Shown: positions 11,590 through 23,047 of the stretch, piece by piece
Layout of the letters: each line of letters starts with the position of its first letter
Numbering within the stretch: position 1 is the first letter of the stretch
Assembly (NCBI GenBank): GCA_003971905.1
Contig: RSEE01000004.1
Coordinates: 1,302,001 to 1,332,068 of the forward strand
Source of the DNA: Moniliella sp. 'wahieum'
Taxonomy: Eukaryota
Length of the DNA stretch: 30,068 nucleotides
Direction of reading: 5' to 3'
Position numbers and translations under genes: made by a program
The notes under the pieces: model-generated
What the model saw: only the letters and a program-made list of their open reading frames with translations
The model's database searches: none
What the model was told of the DNA's origin: nothing

Positions 11590-14500
11590 ATGGCTGCGCT
11601 TGCGCCACTCCCCCCGTTGTCCGCCCTCCGCGTCGTCTGCGCGGCCCGTCGACCTGCGTCCCTACGACGACCCCGACGAGCATCTCGACGACGACGCCGC
11701 TCTGCCTTCCTCCGCCCGCCTCCCCCTTCGCCCCCCGCCGCAGCCCCCACGAACACCCTCTGCGCACTCCACTTCCCAACGCGAGGATCCGCCCCCCGAC
11801 GCCATCGATGGCAACAGGAACGATGACGACGGCCCCCGCGCAGGCGGCGACGACGTCCACGACGACCGTCCAGCCGACGATGTCATCCGGTACGTTACGC
11901 CTCTTACTCGCGCGCGCGCGTTCGAATTCGCTAACACGTCCCTTCTCCCTCTTCTGGATCAGATGTATTTGCGAGATAAGCGACGATGATGGCTTCACCA
12001 TCCAGTGCGATCGCTGTCTCGTGTGGCAACATTGCGCCTGCATGGGCATGACCTCACCTTCGATGGTGCCCGATGATTACCTGTGTGAGCGCTGTGATCC
12101 CAACCCTGACAGGCGCGTCGATGCTGCCTACGCACGCGCTATCCAAACACGAAAGCGTGATGACGAGCGCCGCCGCAATGAACTGTACCAGGCCGCCATC
12201 TCCCAGCACTCGGCGCGTCAACGCCAGCGTAATTCCCAGTCCCGCATCGACTCTCCGTCTCGCTCTCAGGGACAGGAGGACAAGACAGGAGGGGGAAATG
12301 CGCCACATCCATCCTTGCCTGGTAACGCTTCCCTCTTGGTATGAGTCCTTCCACGTCTGCAATGGGCCAGGGCGCCCACACGCCATCAGCTTTGGCACCT
12401 GAGGCGATGGGGTCGCGCAGCAACAGTGTCACTGCTTTCCAGCGTCGTGCCCCTCGCCGAAAGGACGACGAGCGGGGCTCTTCCGAGTCCCCCGTTGTGA
12501 CCGAAGCGTGGCGCGTTGAGTTCACCCCCCTCGCTCGCAACATCCTCGCTGACCCCACCCTCAAGCCCCAGCTGGAGGCGGCCATGCTTCCCTTTCAGCG
12601 CTGGGCGGCTACCCCTGGTATTCCCGGGACTGAGCCCCCTCTAAGAGCAGTTCACCAGGGTGGCAAATGGATCGTCCCTGTTCTCAAAGCCAAGCCCCAC
12701 ACTTCGGTCGCCCAGCGGTTTCCCGCTGTGAACACCGAGGGCACCGAGGACGAGGGATCCAGGTCCCGCACTCCTGCGCAGCTTACCACTTCGCCTGCTG
12801 AGGGACTGTGTGCTGTGGGGAACGAGTGCATGCCCGTGGCCATCAGCTCTCCATCTCCATTGGCCAAGTTAGGGATGCGGATCTATGTCAAGCAAATATC
12901 TGATACGGCATCAGCAGCTATCTTCAAGGATGTGCTACCTCCTCATGTGGGTGCCCACAGTCCACTACCCCCCTGGTCTGCCTCCCGCACCTTTAGCCGC
13001 CCGGTGATGCATGGCTTGTTCGCCAACCAACATATCCCCAGTGGCTGCTTCATTACCGAGATGAAGGGTGTGTTGAAACGCGCAAGCGCCTACCGTTCTG
13101 ATCCGAAGAACATGTACTTCAAAATTGGCTGCACCAAGCCACACGTCCACCTTTTCCCTCCCCCCCTCGATTTGGCCATTGATATGCGCAGCTATGGCAA
13201 CCTGGCCCGCTTTGCTCGTTTCTCGTGCCACCCCAACGCGGTCTTGCGACCTATTCTCTACCGCCGCACACCTTCCTCCATCTCAAGCAGCACCCTGTCA
13301 GAAAGGATTGTGTCCTCCACACTCCCCGATCCATCTGCCACGTCTAACCCGTCATCTCCATCCCAGCCCCACTCTCCTACCGTATTGGATACGGCGGTCG
13401 AACCCGAATTGGTGTTTGGGATTTTTGCTCTTACCGATATTAGCAAAGCCCACGAGATTACCCTAGGGTGGGAATGGGACGATGCCCACGTTGCACATCT
13501 CCTTCCCAAGCTGGTCGACAACCCTCTTTTACCTGATTCGGCGTTGACTGTCCCCGTTCACACCATCCGATGGAATGGGCGTCTCTTTGACCCCTACAGA
13601 GCGCGCCGCTGCGCACACAGCCTTGGCGGCGAAGGGGGACTTCCCTTATGAAGGCACATTGCTTAGCCGGCGGATGAATGCAGCGAGTCGAGACTTGCTT
13701 GGTTCGACACTCTGCGCCTGTGTTGGGAACGCAGTGGGAGCCTCGGCAGGCGGCGGGACGACAGCGTCCAACCTGGCCCGGAGGCAAGATTGCGCAGTAG
13801 CCCAGATGCTACGTGTGGGACAAGGCATGCCACTTCTGGATGCGGCTGCAGCGTCTGTTCTGTCGCAAACAATCGTGGACCCTTTGGCAGCTGCACCTGA
13901 CCTGCCGACAGGAAACGATCGAAAGCGTCGGCCGAAACCCCCTGATTTTCGACCGTTGCTCGACCAGCGTCGCGGCTGGCTTGCTAGCAAGGGACGTGCC
14001 AGCAGGGGCCGCAGTTCTTTCCCTGTCCCTTCATCGGGCCCAATTGATCCCGAGACACTAGGCTCCGCCTTCGGCCCAACCTCGCGTTCGGCTTCTCGTT
14101 CGCGTTCTCGCGTCCCTTCGCCCACGCCTGAGCAAGCATATGACACCGACCCCCTATCGGGCTGAGCGACCCAGAGTACGATGAGGTTCCAACCGATCCT
14201 ACGGCGGACGAGACGATTCTTTCGTTGCCCAAGTTGGCGCATACGCCACCGGCGAAAGCTATGGTGATCGATGCACCCACAGTCACTGTCTTACCGCTCA
14301 AGAAGCGGGTGCAAGGAACGCGGATCAAGGCTTCGCTGTCTTCTTCGGACTCGGAAGTGATGAAACGGAAGTAGCTATGCACCAACAACACATTGCTACC
14401 CGCGAGGCCTCCATTGCTGCCGCTTCCACCTTCTCGTCCCGCACCCGGGGGAAACGCAAAGCCCTTCGGACCGATATGAACTTGCCTCGCATGTTTGACT

Positions 14501-16681
14501 TTGGCGAAGAAGAGGGCGAGGCCAAAAGTCGCACCCGACGGCGCCCGCCCCGCCGTTCCCGCACTTACACCGACTCGGATGAGGAAGAGGAGGAGGAGGC
14601 CGAGAGCAGTTCGGGCGAGAGCGACGCTTCGCGTCGTCGCAGTTCCGGCAGGAGGACGCAGCCCGCGTCCGAAGTGACGATCGGCGTCGGTTCGGCGGCG
14701 TGACCCGGCGCCGAGCGCGTTTCAGGCTCGCAAGTCGGCAGCAGCTGTGCGGGTACGCCGGATGCTGCAACAGTTGGCTGGAAGCGACACGGAGTCTCAT
14801 TCTTCTCGGGTGGAGAGGATGGGGAGAAACTTGTTTCTCGGCACGAGGGGAAGCAAGAGCCACAGCGAGAGCAAGAGCAAGAACAAGAGGTGGAACCTCA
14901 GGCCCCTCGTCCCCCGGTCCGGAGACGGAAGAAGGAACTGACTCAAGAGGAGATTGAGGAGCGGAGAGAGCGGGAACGCGCTCGTGACCGTAAACGCAAA
15001 CGTGAGGCGCGAGAGCGGGCTCGGGCGGCCAAGTTGCAAGCGCAGCAGAAGGAGGCGCAGCAGAATGACGCTGAGGAGAGCGAAGAAGCAGAGCAGGTTC
15101 CTTCTCTCTCGCCGGCGCCCATCTCGGGAGGGAAGCCGGGAGGGAAGAGTCCTGGGCAGGAAGACGGGGACATTCCGTCAGAGCGAATGAACCACAAGCG
15201 GGCTCGCGAGTCGATTTCTCTCCACGTCCCCAAAAAGCGACGCGTGCTTGACTTTTCTGAAGAGGAAGATGAGAACGAGCTCAGGTCGGCAGAGACTTCG
15301 CATGTGGCCGTTGTTCCTCCTCCAGGTCCGCCTCCGCTCCCACCTACGCTTGCCACCCCGGCCCCCACACGCGATGCGGTTGTGCCTTCTCTTGCGGCTC
15401 CTCTCACGGCATTGCCACAGGAATCTGGGCCTGCAACACCCGTTACTACTCCCGGTCTGGTCCTGCTCCTGGTCCTGCCCCCGGTCCTGTCCCCGCGCCT
15501 GTGCCGGATCCAGAACCCCAACGGACCAAGCTGTCGTTGACTGCGTACCGGCAGCGTATGGCACAGAAGCGCCAGGCAGCGGCCGATGACCCAGTCGAAC
15601 GAGACGTGCCTCCTCGTCCTGCCCCCGAGCCTGAGCCCATGTCGGGTGTCGAAGAGGCTCCGCTTGCTGCATCGGCTCCGACCCCTTCGCTGAGCTCTGA
15701 AACCAGTGTGCCCATTCCCATCCCCAGGTCGCTGTGCCGAGGTCGCGTTTCGAGCCCGCCTCGGAAGATGGTGCGATTTCGCCTGCGCCTCCCAAGAAGA
15801 AGTCTCCGCTTAATTCGCTCCCTTCTTTTACGATGCGTCGTCCCCCTCGCCGTCGCTTCCCCCTCGGCTGCAGCGCAACATGCGCCCTCCCCGAGTGTGC
15901 GGGGGGGATTGTCTCTGCCGACCTCTCCAGCCATGCCAGTCCGTTCTCCCCGCCCCGACGTTCCGTGCGCTGCCGCCCCGCCCCCTGGCCCATTCCCCCT
16001 GCCCGGGCCGAGCCCATCATCTTCGTTCGGGTCTGCGGGCTTGCCTACTGCTCGGCCCAGTATCTCTCCCGTACTTGGCTCGGCGCCACCACCTGACGTG
16101 CCCTTGGGTGGTCCTCGGCAATGCGCCCCGGCCCAGGCTCAGGCGCCTTTGACCCTCCCAAGGGCCCACGCGGCGCGCCGACCAACCCACCCGGTCCACC
16201 TCCTGCCGCCCCCGCGTATGCTCCCTCCTGGTCCCCGACGGGACGACATGGGGCCCCGGAGCAACATGGCCGCGATGGACGAGCGACCGATGGGCTTGGC
16301 CGCTGCCGAGGCCCGTCGATTGCAGCGAGACCGACCACCGCACTTGCCGCCCCATCCAGCCGCGCACGCTGGCATGCCCCCGTACTCGGTCGGCCCGCCC
16401 CCCGGACCCCCGTATTATCCTCCTCCCTGGGTGCCTAATGCGCCGCGGCGTGACCTGCGCGACCACGCGACCTACGCGACCTACGCGACCCTCGTGACCC
16501 ACGCGACCCTCGCGACCCTCGTGATCCACGCGACCCACGCGATCCTCGTGACCCACGCGGAGACGCGGTGGGCTATCCACCGCGTCCTGGTCGCCCTTGG
16601 GGAGTTCGGGCGCGGGTTCGCGGCCCACCGCCGCCGCCAGGACCTCCACCGGGGCCACCGCGACGACTGAGCCGGTGGTAG
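11590..16681 (+). CDS. SET3: PHD finger plus SET domain protein of the Set3/Set4 (MLL5/UpSET-like) family; intron 11890-11962; multiple apparent indels
   Basis: The intron GTACGT..GCTAAC..CAG restores the PHD finger [31 protein letters not shown]...YLCERCDP. The SET domain reads [20 protein letters not shown]...[22 protein letters not shown]...[21 protein letters not shown] long charged and Pro-rich C-terminus ends in RDP repeats; the stop in the RDP frame is TAG ending at 16681. Confidence 0.85.
16449..16558 (+). repeat. 9-bp coding tandem repeat, 12 units, encoding RD(L/P)
   Basis: Units follow CGY-GAY-C(C/T)N. Unit 2 is only 8 nt (apparent deletion). The last eight units all encode RDP. 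Confidence 0.9.
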
Positions 16682-17376
16682 GCTGGGGCCTATGCGGACA
16701 AGGTGATGTCGACGTTGGTTCGGGTGGGCGCCGGTCCTGTCTTGCTCTCCCACCTTATCCTCCCCACTGCCTTGCTCTTGCTCTACATCTATCGCTACCT
16801 ACCCCCCCCCCTGTTTGCTGCCTGTGTTTTTTTTTTCTTGTGCCTGATCTGCCTGCCGTTGCGTACACGATGTGTGTGTGGGCTCTAGCTTGCCCTAGCC
16901 GCCTGCGATGTGTGTCTGCCCCCTGTTGTGCTGTTGTGTACAAAATGTATTCCATTGCGTCGTGGCCATCAAGATGAGCGCCAACGAAACTGACGGAAGG
17001 TGGTAGCGGAGGTTCAGACGGCAAACGTAGCCCCCAAGGCCTCCCATGGCCCACGGATCCCACGGCTCCAAGGCCCAAATCTCAGCGCGAACTTGGGGCG
17101 GCTGAGGCGGCGAAGAACTCGCTCAGCCGCCGGGCCGCCGCATCGCCTCCTGCCTCGCGTCTCGGCCGCAGCACTGCGCCACTCTGACCTGACGACCCCC
17201 TTTTAGATGCTCGATGCTAGGGCCGCCGCAGGGGGGCAGTGTGGCGTGGGATATGTGTGCCGTGCTGTGCTCTCTTACGATCTTACCGGTTGCCCCGTTC
17301 CAGTGGCTCGACCGCTCTTGCCAGACTCCCATCTGCCGTCCTCCCGTCGGTGCGCAGCAACCTCCTCCTCCCCCCC

Positions 17377-19625
17377 ATGCTGCTCCCGCGCCTCGCACGC
17401 CCCGTCCACGCGGCCGCGGCGGCCACCACCGCCCGCGCGCCCCTCCCGTCTTCGTGGCTGCCCGGCGTGTCCTCTCCACCACCGCTGCCGACCCGTCGGC
17501 CCATCGTCGTCGCTATGCGACCGAGGCCAAGCACACCAAGGCAGGCGCTGCGGCGCCCAAGCAAGAGCAGCCCTACGGTCCGTCGCGTCGTGCGCGTCCG
17601 GCGCCCCACGCGCTTGCCGGGGCCCCCGGCTCCTCGTCCGAGCGCACGGTGCACCCAAGCAACCCGCCTGGCTCGCCGCGTGCCGGTGTTGTATGTCCAC
17701 AAGCGCGGGGGCGAGGTGCTGGAAGACCCGATGAGCAACTACGGTGCGCGCGCACAGTTGGGCCGAGCGTGAGTCGCTTGGTCTCAGCCCCTTTTTGCCC
17801 CACAGCATCCACACCCTGTCCACCCAGGTGGACCGGGCGTACAACCAGCTCAAGCTGCGCCAACGCATCGCCAAGTACGGCAATGAGGACGACGGTGACA
17901 TTATGCAGTACACCTTTCTGCGCGTTGAAGGACCAGAATGCGATTCTATTTTATGCGCTGCTGTTCCGCAACCTAAAGGAAACCCTGCGCATCATTTACA
18001 CCCCCGTCGTCGGGTCTGCGATCACCAACTACTCGCGCATCTTCCGCCGCCCCGATGGCACCTACATCTCCTACCCGGCGTACAAGGCTGCCATTGACGC
18101 TTCTGGTGGCGACCGCGACGCCGGACGCAAGTACATCCAGGACGCCATCACGCACTATGGCCACTTGGGACGGACGATGTGGATTTGCTGACGTGCACAG
18201 ACAGTGAAGGAATTCTGGGCATTGGCGACCAGGGTACGTGTTCCGCTTCTCTTCTTCTCTCCTCGGCTCTTTTGGTTGGTAGCACCCATCCCACACGACT
18301 GCTAACCGTTTCGATTAGGTGTTGGCGGAATTAACATTGCCATTGGCAAGAACACCATCTACGCCGTCGGCGGCGGCTTTGACCCGCAGCGCATGCTTAG
18401 TATCGGCCTGGATGTCGGCACCAACAATGCGAGTATGCTCGCCGACCGTTGTACCTGGGCTGGCGGAACCCTCGACTGCGTGGAGCTGAGTACGATGCCT
18501 TATGGACGATTACCAGCGTAGCCAGCACCTGCTTCCCCAACGCTTGCTTCACTACGAGGACTTTGGCACCCAAAATGCCCACCGTCTGCTGCTCAAGTAC
18601 CGGCCGCAGTACAATGTCTTTTGGGATGACGAGCAGGTATGTTGGAACTGGCCACGTCCCTTCCCATTCCCATTCCCATCCCCTGAACCCAGACTCACCT
18701 GTTTTCGTTTTCTCAGGGCACAGCGGCTGTGACGCTGGCTGCGGTCTTGTCGGCGGTCAAGGTGACCAAGTCGACGCTTAAGGACCAGCGGTACATTATC
18801 TGGGCGGGCACTGCCAGCCTCGGCATGCAGCCCAAATTCGCGATGCCATCCATCCGCCAGGGTCTGAGTAAGGAAGAGGCTGCCAAGCGGCTGTGGCTCA
18901 TCGACCGGGAAGGGTTGCTGGTCAAGGGCGAGGTTGAGCTGCGCGAAGCGCAAGTCCCTTTGCCCGAGAGAGGAAGAGGGTGGCCAACTGGCCCGCGCCC
19001 AAAGAGGGGCATGGGTTCCCCCTGCTGGAAGTGGTCAAGCAAGTGAAACCTACTGTTCTGATTGGCGTATCGGGCCAGGGGGGGGCGTCACCGAGGCTGT
19101 GGTGCGGGAAATGTCGGCGCACTGCGAGCGCCCCGCCATCCTGCCGCCTCTCCAACCCGTCCGTCTCTCCGAAGCCCGGCCGGACGAGATCACCGAATGG
19201 TCGCATGGTCGTGCCTTGATCGCTACCGGCTCCCCCTTCCCGCCCGTGCCCATCCCCAACTCGAACAAGATGTACACGGTGGCCGAATCGAACAATGCCC
19301 TTGGCTTCCCTGGCTTGGGCGGCGGCGTGATCTTGGCCAAGGCAAAGCACTTGACCGACAGCATGATTGTCGCCGGGGTAGATGCGATTGCTTCGCTCAG
19401 CCCGGCGCTCAAGGACCCGGATGCGTCCCTCTTGCCCGACCTGACCGATATGCGCAACGTCAGCATGAAGGTCTCGGCTGCCGTCGCACTGGCTGCCAAG
19501 AAGGAAGGCTGGCTCGGGCCGACGACTTGCCCGACACGCTCGAGGAAATGGAGAAGTTGGCCCGGCACCGTGCCTGGGTACCGCTCTACCGCGAACTGCG
19601 CCCCGCCGACCCCGGTCAGTGGTAA
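17377..19625 (+). CDS. MAE1: Malic enzyme, probably mitochondrial (Mae1 type); introns 18234-18318 and 18637-18716; multiple apparent indels
   Basis: Presequence-like MLLPRLARPVHAAAAATTAR; IIYTPVVG..YSRIFRRPDG; TDSEGILGIGDQG|VGGINIAIGK; LDVGTNN; HYEDFG; the signature FWDDEQ|GTAAVTLAAVL; VKPTVLIGVSG; LSNP; ALIATGSPF; AESNNALGFPGLG; and the C-terminus WVPLYRELRPADPGQW*. Confidence 0.93.
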
Positions 19626-19946
19626 ACTGAGTTTTACTTGACGGCATGGGATCCGATCCGATGACATATGCCCCTCTGGCAGCCGCTGTAATGAGTCTGC
19701 CCTAATAACCTCCCCGCGTCGTTGCTGCTCATGGTTTCCTCCGTTGCGCAACCTCGCTCCCTCTCTTCTGCTTTGGACCACACTAGTCTAAACGCTATTG
19801 TTTCCCTCATAGCCTGCGTGCACCATGCGGTGGGGTTCGTTTGTGCTCGAACTCGCGGGAATCCATGCTGATAAGTCATTGTTGGACCAATTAAACAACA
19901 GAAAAGTGGAGGCGGCGCCCTCGACCCGCGGGGGCAGAAGCGGTCC

Positions 19947-22455
19947 TTAGTAGATACAAGACCGGTCGGCCGGCGCCGGTGCGCCCACATATTCTTGTTG
20001 CGCACCCACTCGCGCTCCCGCTGGACCTTGGCCTGACCCCGCTGCGCCACGTCCAACTCATGATGCAGCCGGTTCAGCTCGGAGAGGAGCACAGACCATG
20101 TTGCTGGTTCGTCCTGCGGGCCTGCTAGTTTCACTCCGTCAGAAGGAGGTGTTGCGGGAACTGGGTCGTGTCCAGCTACGTGGCCTTGCTGCTGTCTTCC
20201 TCGTTTCGCCCTGTCAACTGATCCAACTGAGCCACAAGGGTCTTGACTGCCGCCCGGAGATCATCTCGCTCGCCCATTGTGGTCAACAGACGGGTCCAGA
20301 CCGGATCTGTCAGCGGAGGGAAGGGGCATGTCCAGTGGAACGAGAGAGACGCAGCAGACCTTGCTCCTCCACCGCCTTCTTCTTTACCCGTTCCAAGTCT
20401 TCCTCCGCTTGGCGTGCCCGTTCCAACACATCCACCAATTGTTCACGTGCTTCTTGAGCCCGTTCCCCGACTCGTACGCTCGCTGCAGCGCCTGGGCCCG
20501 GGAGACAATCAACTTGCATAGGTATCCGTCCTCATCCGGCCCGTCCACGTACGATTCGGGGTTGCGCAGCCGCCGGACTTGGTCTTGCAGTTTGGTAATT
20601 TGTTCCTTGAGACGAGACGCATGCTGGTCCGCCGATGCGACCTGGGCCCAGGCCGCCTTGGTATCCAACTCGAACGCCAGCTGCGCCGCTTCCCAACGGT
20701 CCCGCACCTCCTCCAACTCGTCCTGCTCTTCCAGGTGGAGGCATCGGGCGCGATCGCGCTCGCCCTTTAGCACTGCGTGATCGGACTGAGCCTGGCTCAG
20801 CTGGGCCTCGAGATGGTAATGCGCTGGGTAAGCTGATTGACCTGGTTCTTGGCATCAGCTGCTTCGTCCCTTGCCCTGTGAAAAGAGCTAGTTGGGCGGT
20901 ATAGGTGGCCTGTGCCTTGCGCACCGCTTCGTCCCACCCATCTTCAGCCTTGGCCAGTTGCTGCGCTAGCAACTCCCGGGCTTGCATGACATTGTTCAAC
21001 ACGCGCTCCGTGTCGGCGCGCGTATGCTCCGCGGCTTGCGCACTGGCCTTGGCTTGGTCCCGTTCGTCCAACGCGGACAGCAACTCCTCTTCGCCTTGCT
21101 GCCGGCCCTGTTCGCTCAGCCGGAACTTGACCGCCCACTTGTGCCGACCCTCGTGCGCGATGGCAAGCGAACGTTTCCATTGCTTCTCCTGCACTTCCTT
21201 CTCCTCGCGAAGCTTCTTGCTCGCCTCCTCGGCGGTGGTCAGCCTGGCTTGGCACTGACATAGTTCTCGTTGCGTGGTATGGAGCTGGTTCTGCGCATCA
21301 TCGCGCTCGTCCTTGGCGTGATGGCCCAGGCGCACCGCTTCCTCCCATGCCTTCTCCACCTTGGCCAGCTGGGCATGCCACTGCTCGCCTTGCTCCTGCG
21401 TCTTCTTCAACGTTCGCTCTGCGGTGGCTTGCACTTCGTGCGTTTCTGCACCGCCTCATCCCGCTCCGTGCGCGCGGCAACCAACTCGGTCTCCACCTCT
21501 TCCCGCTCCTGGCGCAACAGTACCTTGTGCCGTTGTTGGGTGAGCTGGTGCTGCAACCGTCCCTGTCCTGCTTTTCGTGCGCGAGTTGGGTGTCCCACGT
21601 GGCCGGTCCGCCTCGTGAGTGGCCTGGCCTGGGTAAGTGCACGTTGCACTTGCTCCATCTGCTTGCGTTGACGCGCGACGGTGGCCATCGCTTCGTCCCG
21701 CTCTTGTTGCGCTTGACGTACCGCCGCTTCCCCTCCTGGACCGTGCTGGACCACGTTTGGTCCGCTTGCTCCCTTTGGCTCGTCGTTTCAGCCAGGGTTT
21801 GCTCCAGGGCAGTGATCTGGGCCTGGGCCTGGGAAAAACGCTGGACCGTCCGGAGCTGAGCTGCTTCGAGACTGGCGTGCTGGGCGCGCACCCGTTCCAG
21901 CTCCTCATTCCGCTGGGCCACGTCGTTGCCGTGCTTGGCGGAGCGACTGCTGAAGCTGGTCTAGCTCACGTTGGCGCTGTGCTTCGACGTGCTTGTGCGC
22001 CTCTTGGTCTTGGCGGGCGCGCTCGGCCCACTGGAGCGCCTCGTCGCGCTCCCGTTGCGCGCTCTGCAATTCGTCCTGCAACGCGTGCTGCGCTGCCACC
22101 GCCTCGTCTCTCCGGCTCCGCGCCGCATCGCGCTCGGCTCGTGCAAGATCGCGCGTCCCCAACGCATCGTGCGCTTCGACTTTGGCTTGGTCATACGCCT
22201 TCTGCATCCGTTCCAACTGCGTCTGCGCTTCGTGAGCGGCTTGGTGCCCGCGCGTTTCGGCGAGCGCGAGCGCCTGCTGCGCACTGTCCCGCTCTGCACA
22301 CGCCACGTCCCGCTCCCACACGCTTCCGCCGCTCGGCCAGCGCCACTCGCGGTCCGCCTCGGCTTGCTGCAGCGCGGCCTGGACCACTGGCAGGCTCGCG
22401 GCGGGGGGGCGCACGCCTCGGCCACGGGTTGGGGGAGGGGGGAAGGCGTCGACAT
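19947..22455 (-). CDS. Uncharacterised long coiled-coil protein (roughly 800 aa when the frames are joined)
   Basis: Consecutive minus-strand ORFs are rich in E/Q/A/R/L heptads (ERDxA recurs at least 7 times). The likely start is MSTPSPLPQP at 22455 after a C/T-rich leader (alternative ATG at 22615). The end is uncertain: a stop at 19947 needs one frameshift, and an open frame continues to 19634. Confidence 0.7.
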
Positions 22456-23047
22456 GCGCGTGGGACAGTGGGGGGAAAAGGAGGGGGGGCAGGTGCGAGG
22501 GTAGGGATCCTGCCCGCCCCATCTGGAGGCTAGCCAGCACCACACCCAGGGGGGTTATTGACTGCCCCTGGCCAAGCGGGGGGCGTCTATAACCCAGCCG
22601 AAGAGGCGCCGACATATCTACACACACTCTTGGTTGGTTTGACTGCACTGCATGCGGATGTGCGCTCTACACCCGGTGGACGGGTGTGGGAGGCGGCGTT
22701 GCGCATGGCGTTAACGGTTATGCCCACTTGCCCCGGCGCCGCGCTGTGCGTGCAACCAACGGTGGCCGCCGAGCGCCGACGGATGAGCGGGGCTAAATAT
22801 ACCTGGTGTGGGCCCAGCTACGTACAATGTGGGGCACCCCCATTCCCAGCGGTGATGTGAAACGTTCAGCGCACCCCCCGGCGCGTGCTGAGGTAAGCAG
22901 CGGCCCCTTGCCGGCGCCACGGCGAGTGTGATGCATGCAGCCAGCAGGCGGCACCGCCAGCCGCCGCCCCACAGCCGCCGCGCCCATCTCCAAGGGCACG
23001 CTCGCCACCCGCAGTGCCCTCCCCTCCATCGCCGCCGCCCCCCGCCC

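Noticed and set aside
16449..16558. The tandem repeat as a CRISPR array, or as HAT/LVT peptide repeats as the ORF track reads it
   Set aside because: There are no spacers and the context is eukaryotic. The variation is synonymous only in the RDP frame.
19684..19700. CGCTGTAATG, similar to the 5' end of fungal SRP RNA (also GGTGTAATGGCC near 2623)
   Set aside because: I found no downstream helix 6/8 motifs or Pol III terminator at the expected distance.
19634..19946. Open minus-strand frame reaching to 9 nt from the malic enzyme stop
   Set aside because: The composition loses its coiled-coil character and looks like UTR; more likely a frameshift hides the true stop near 19947.
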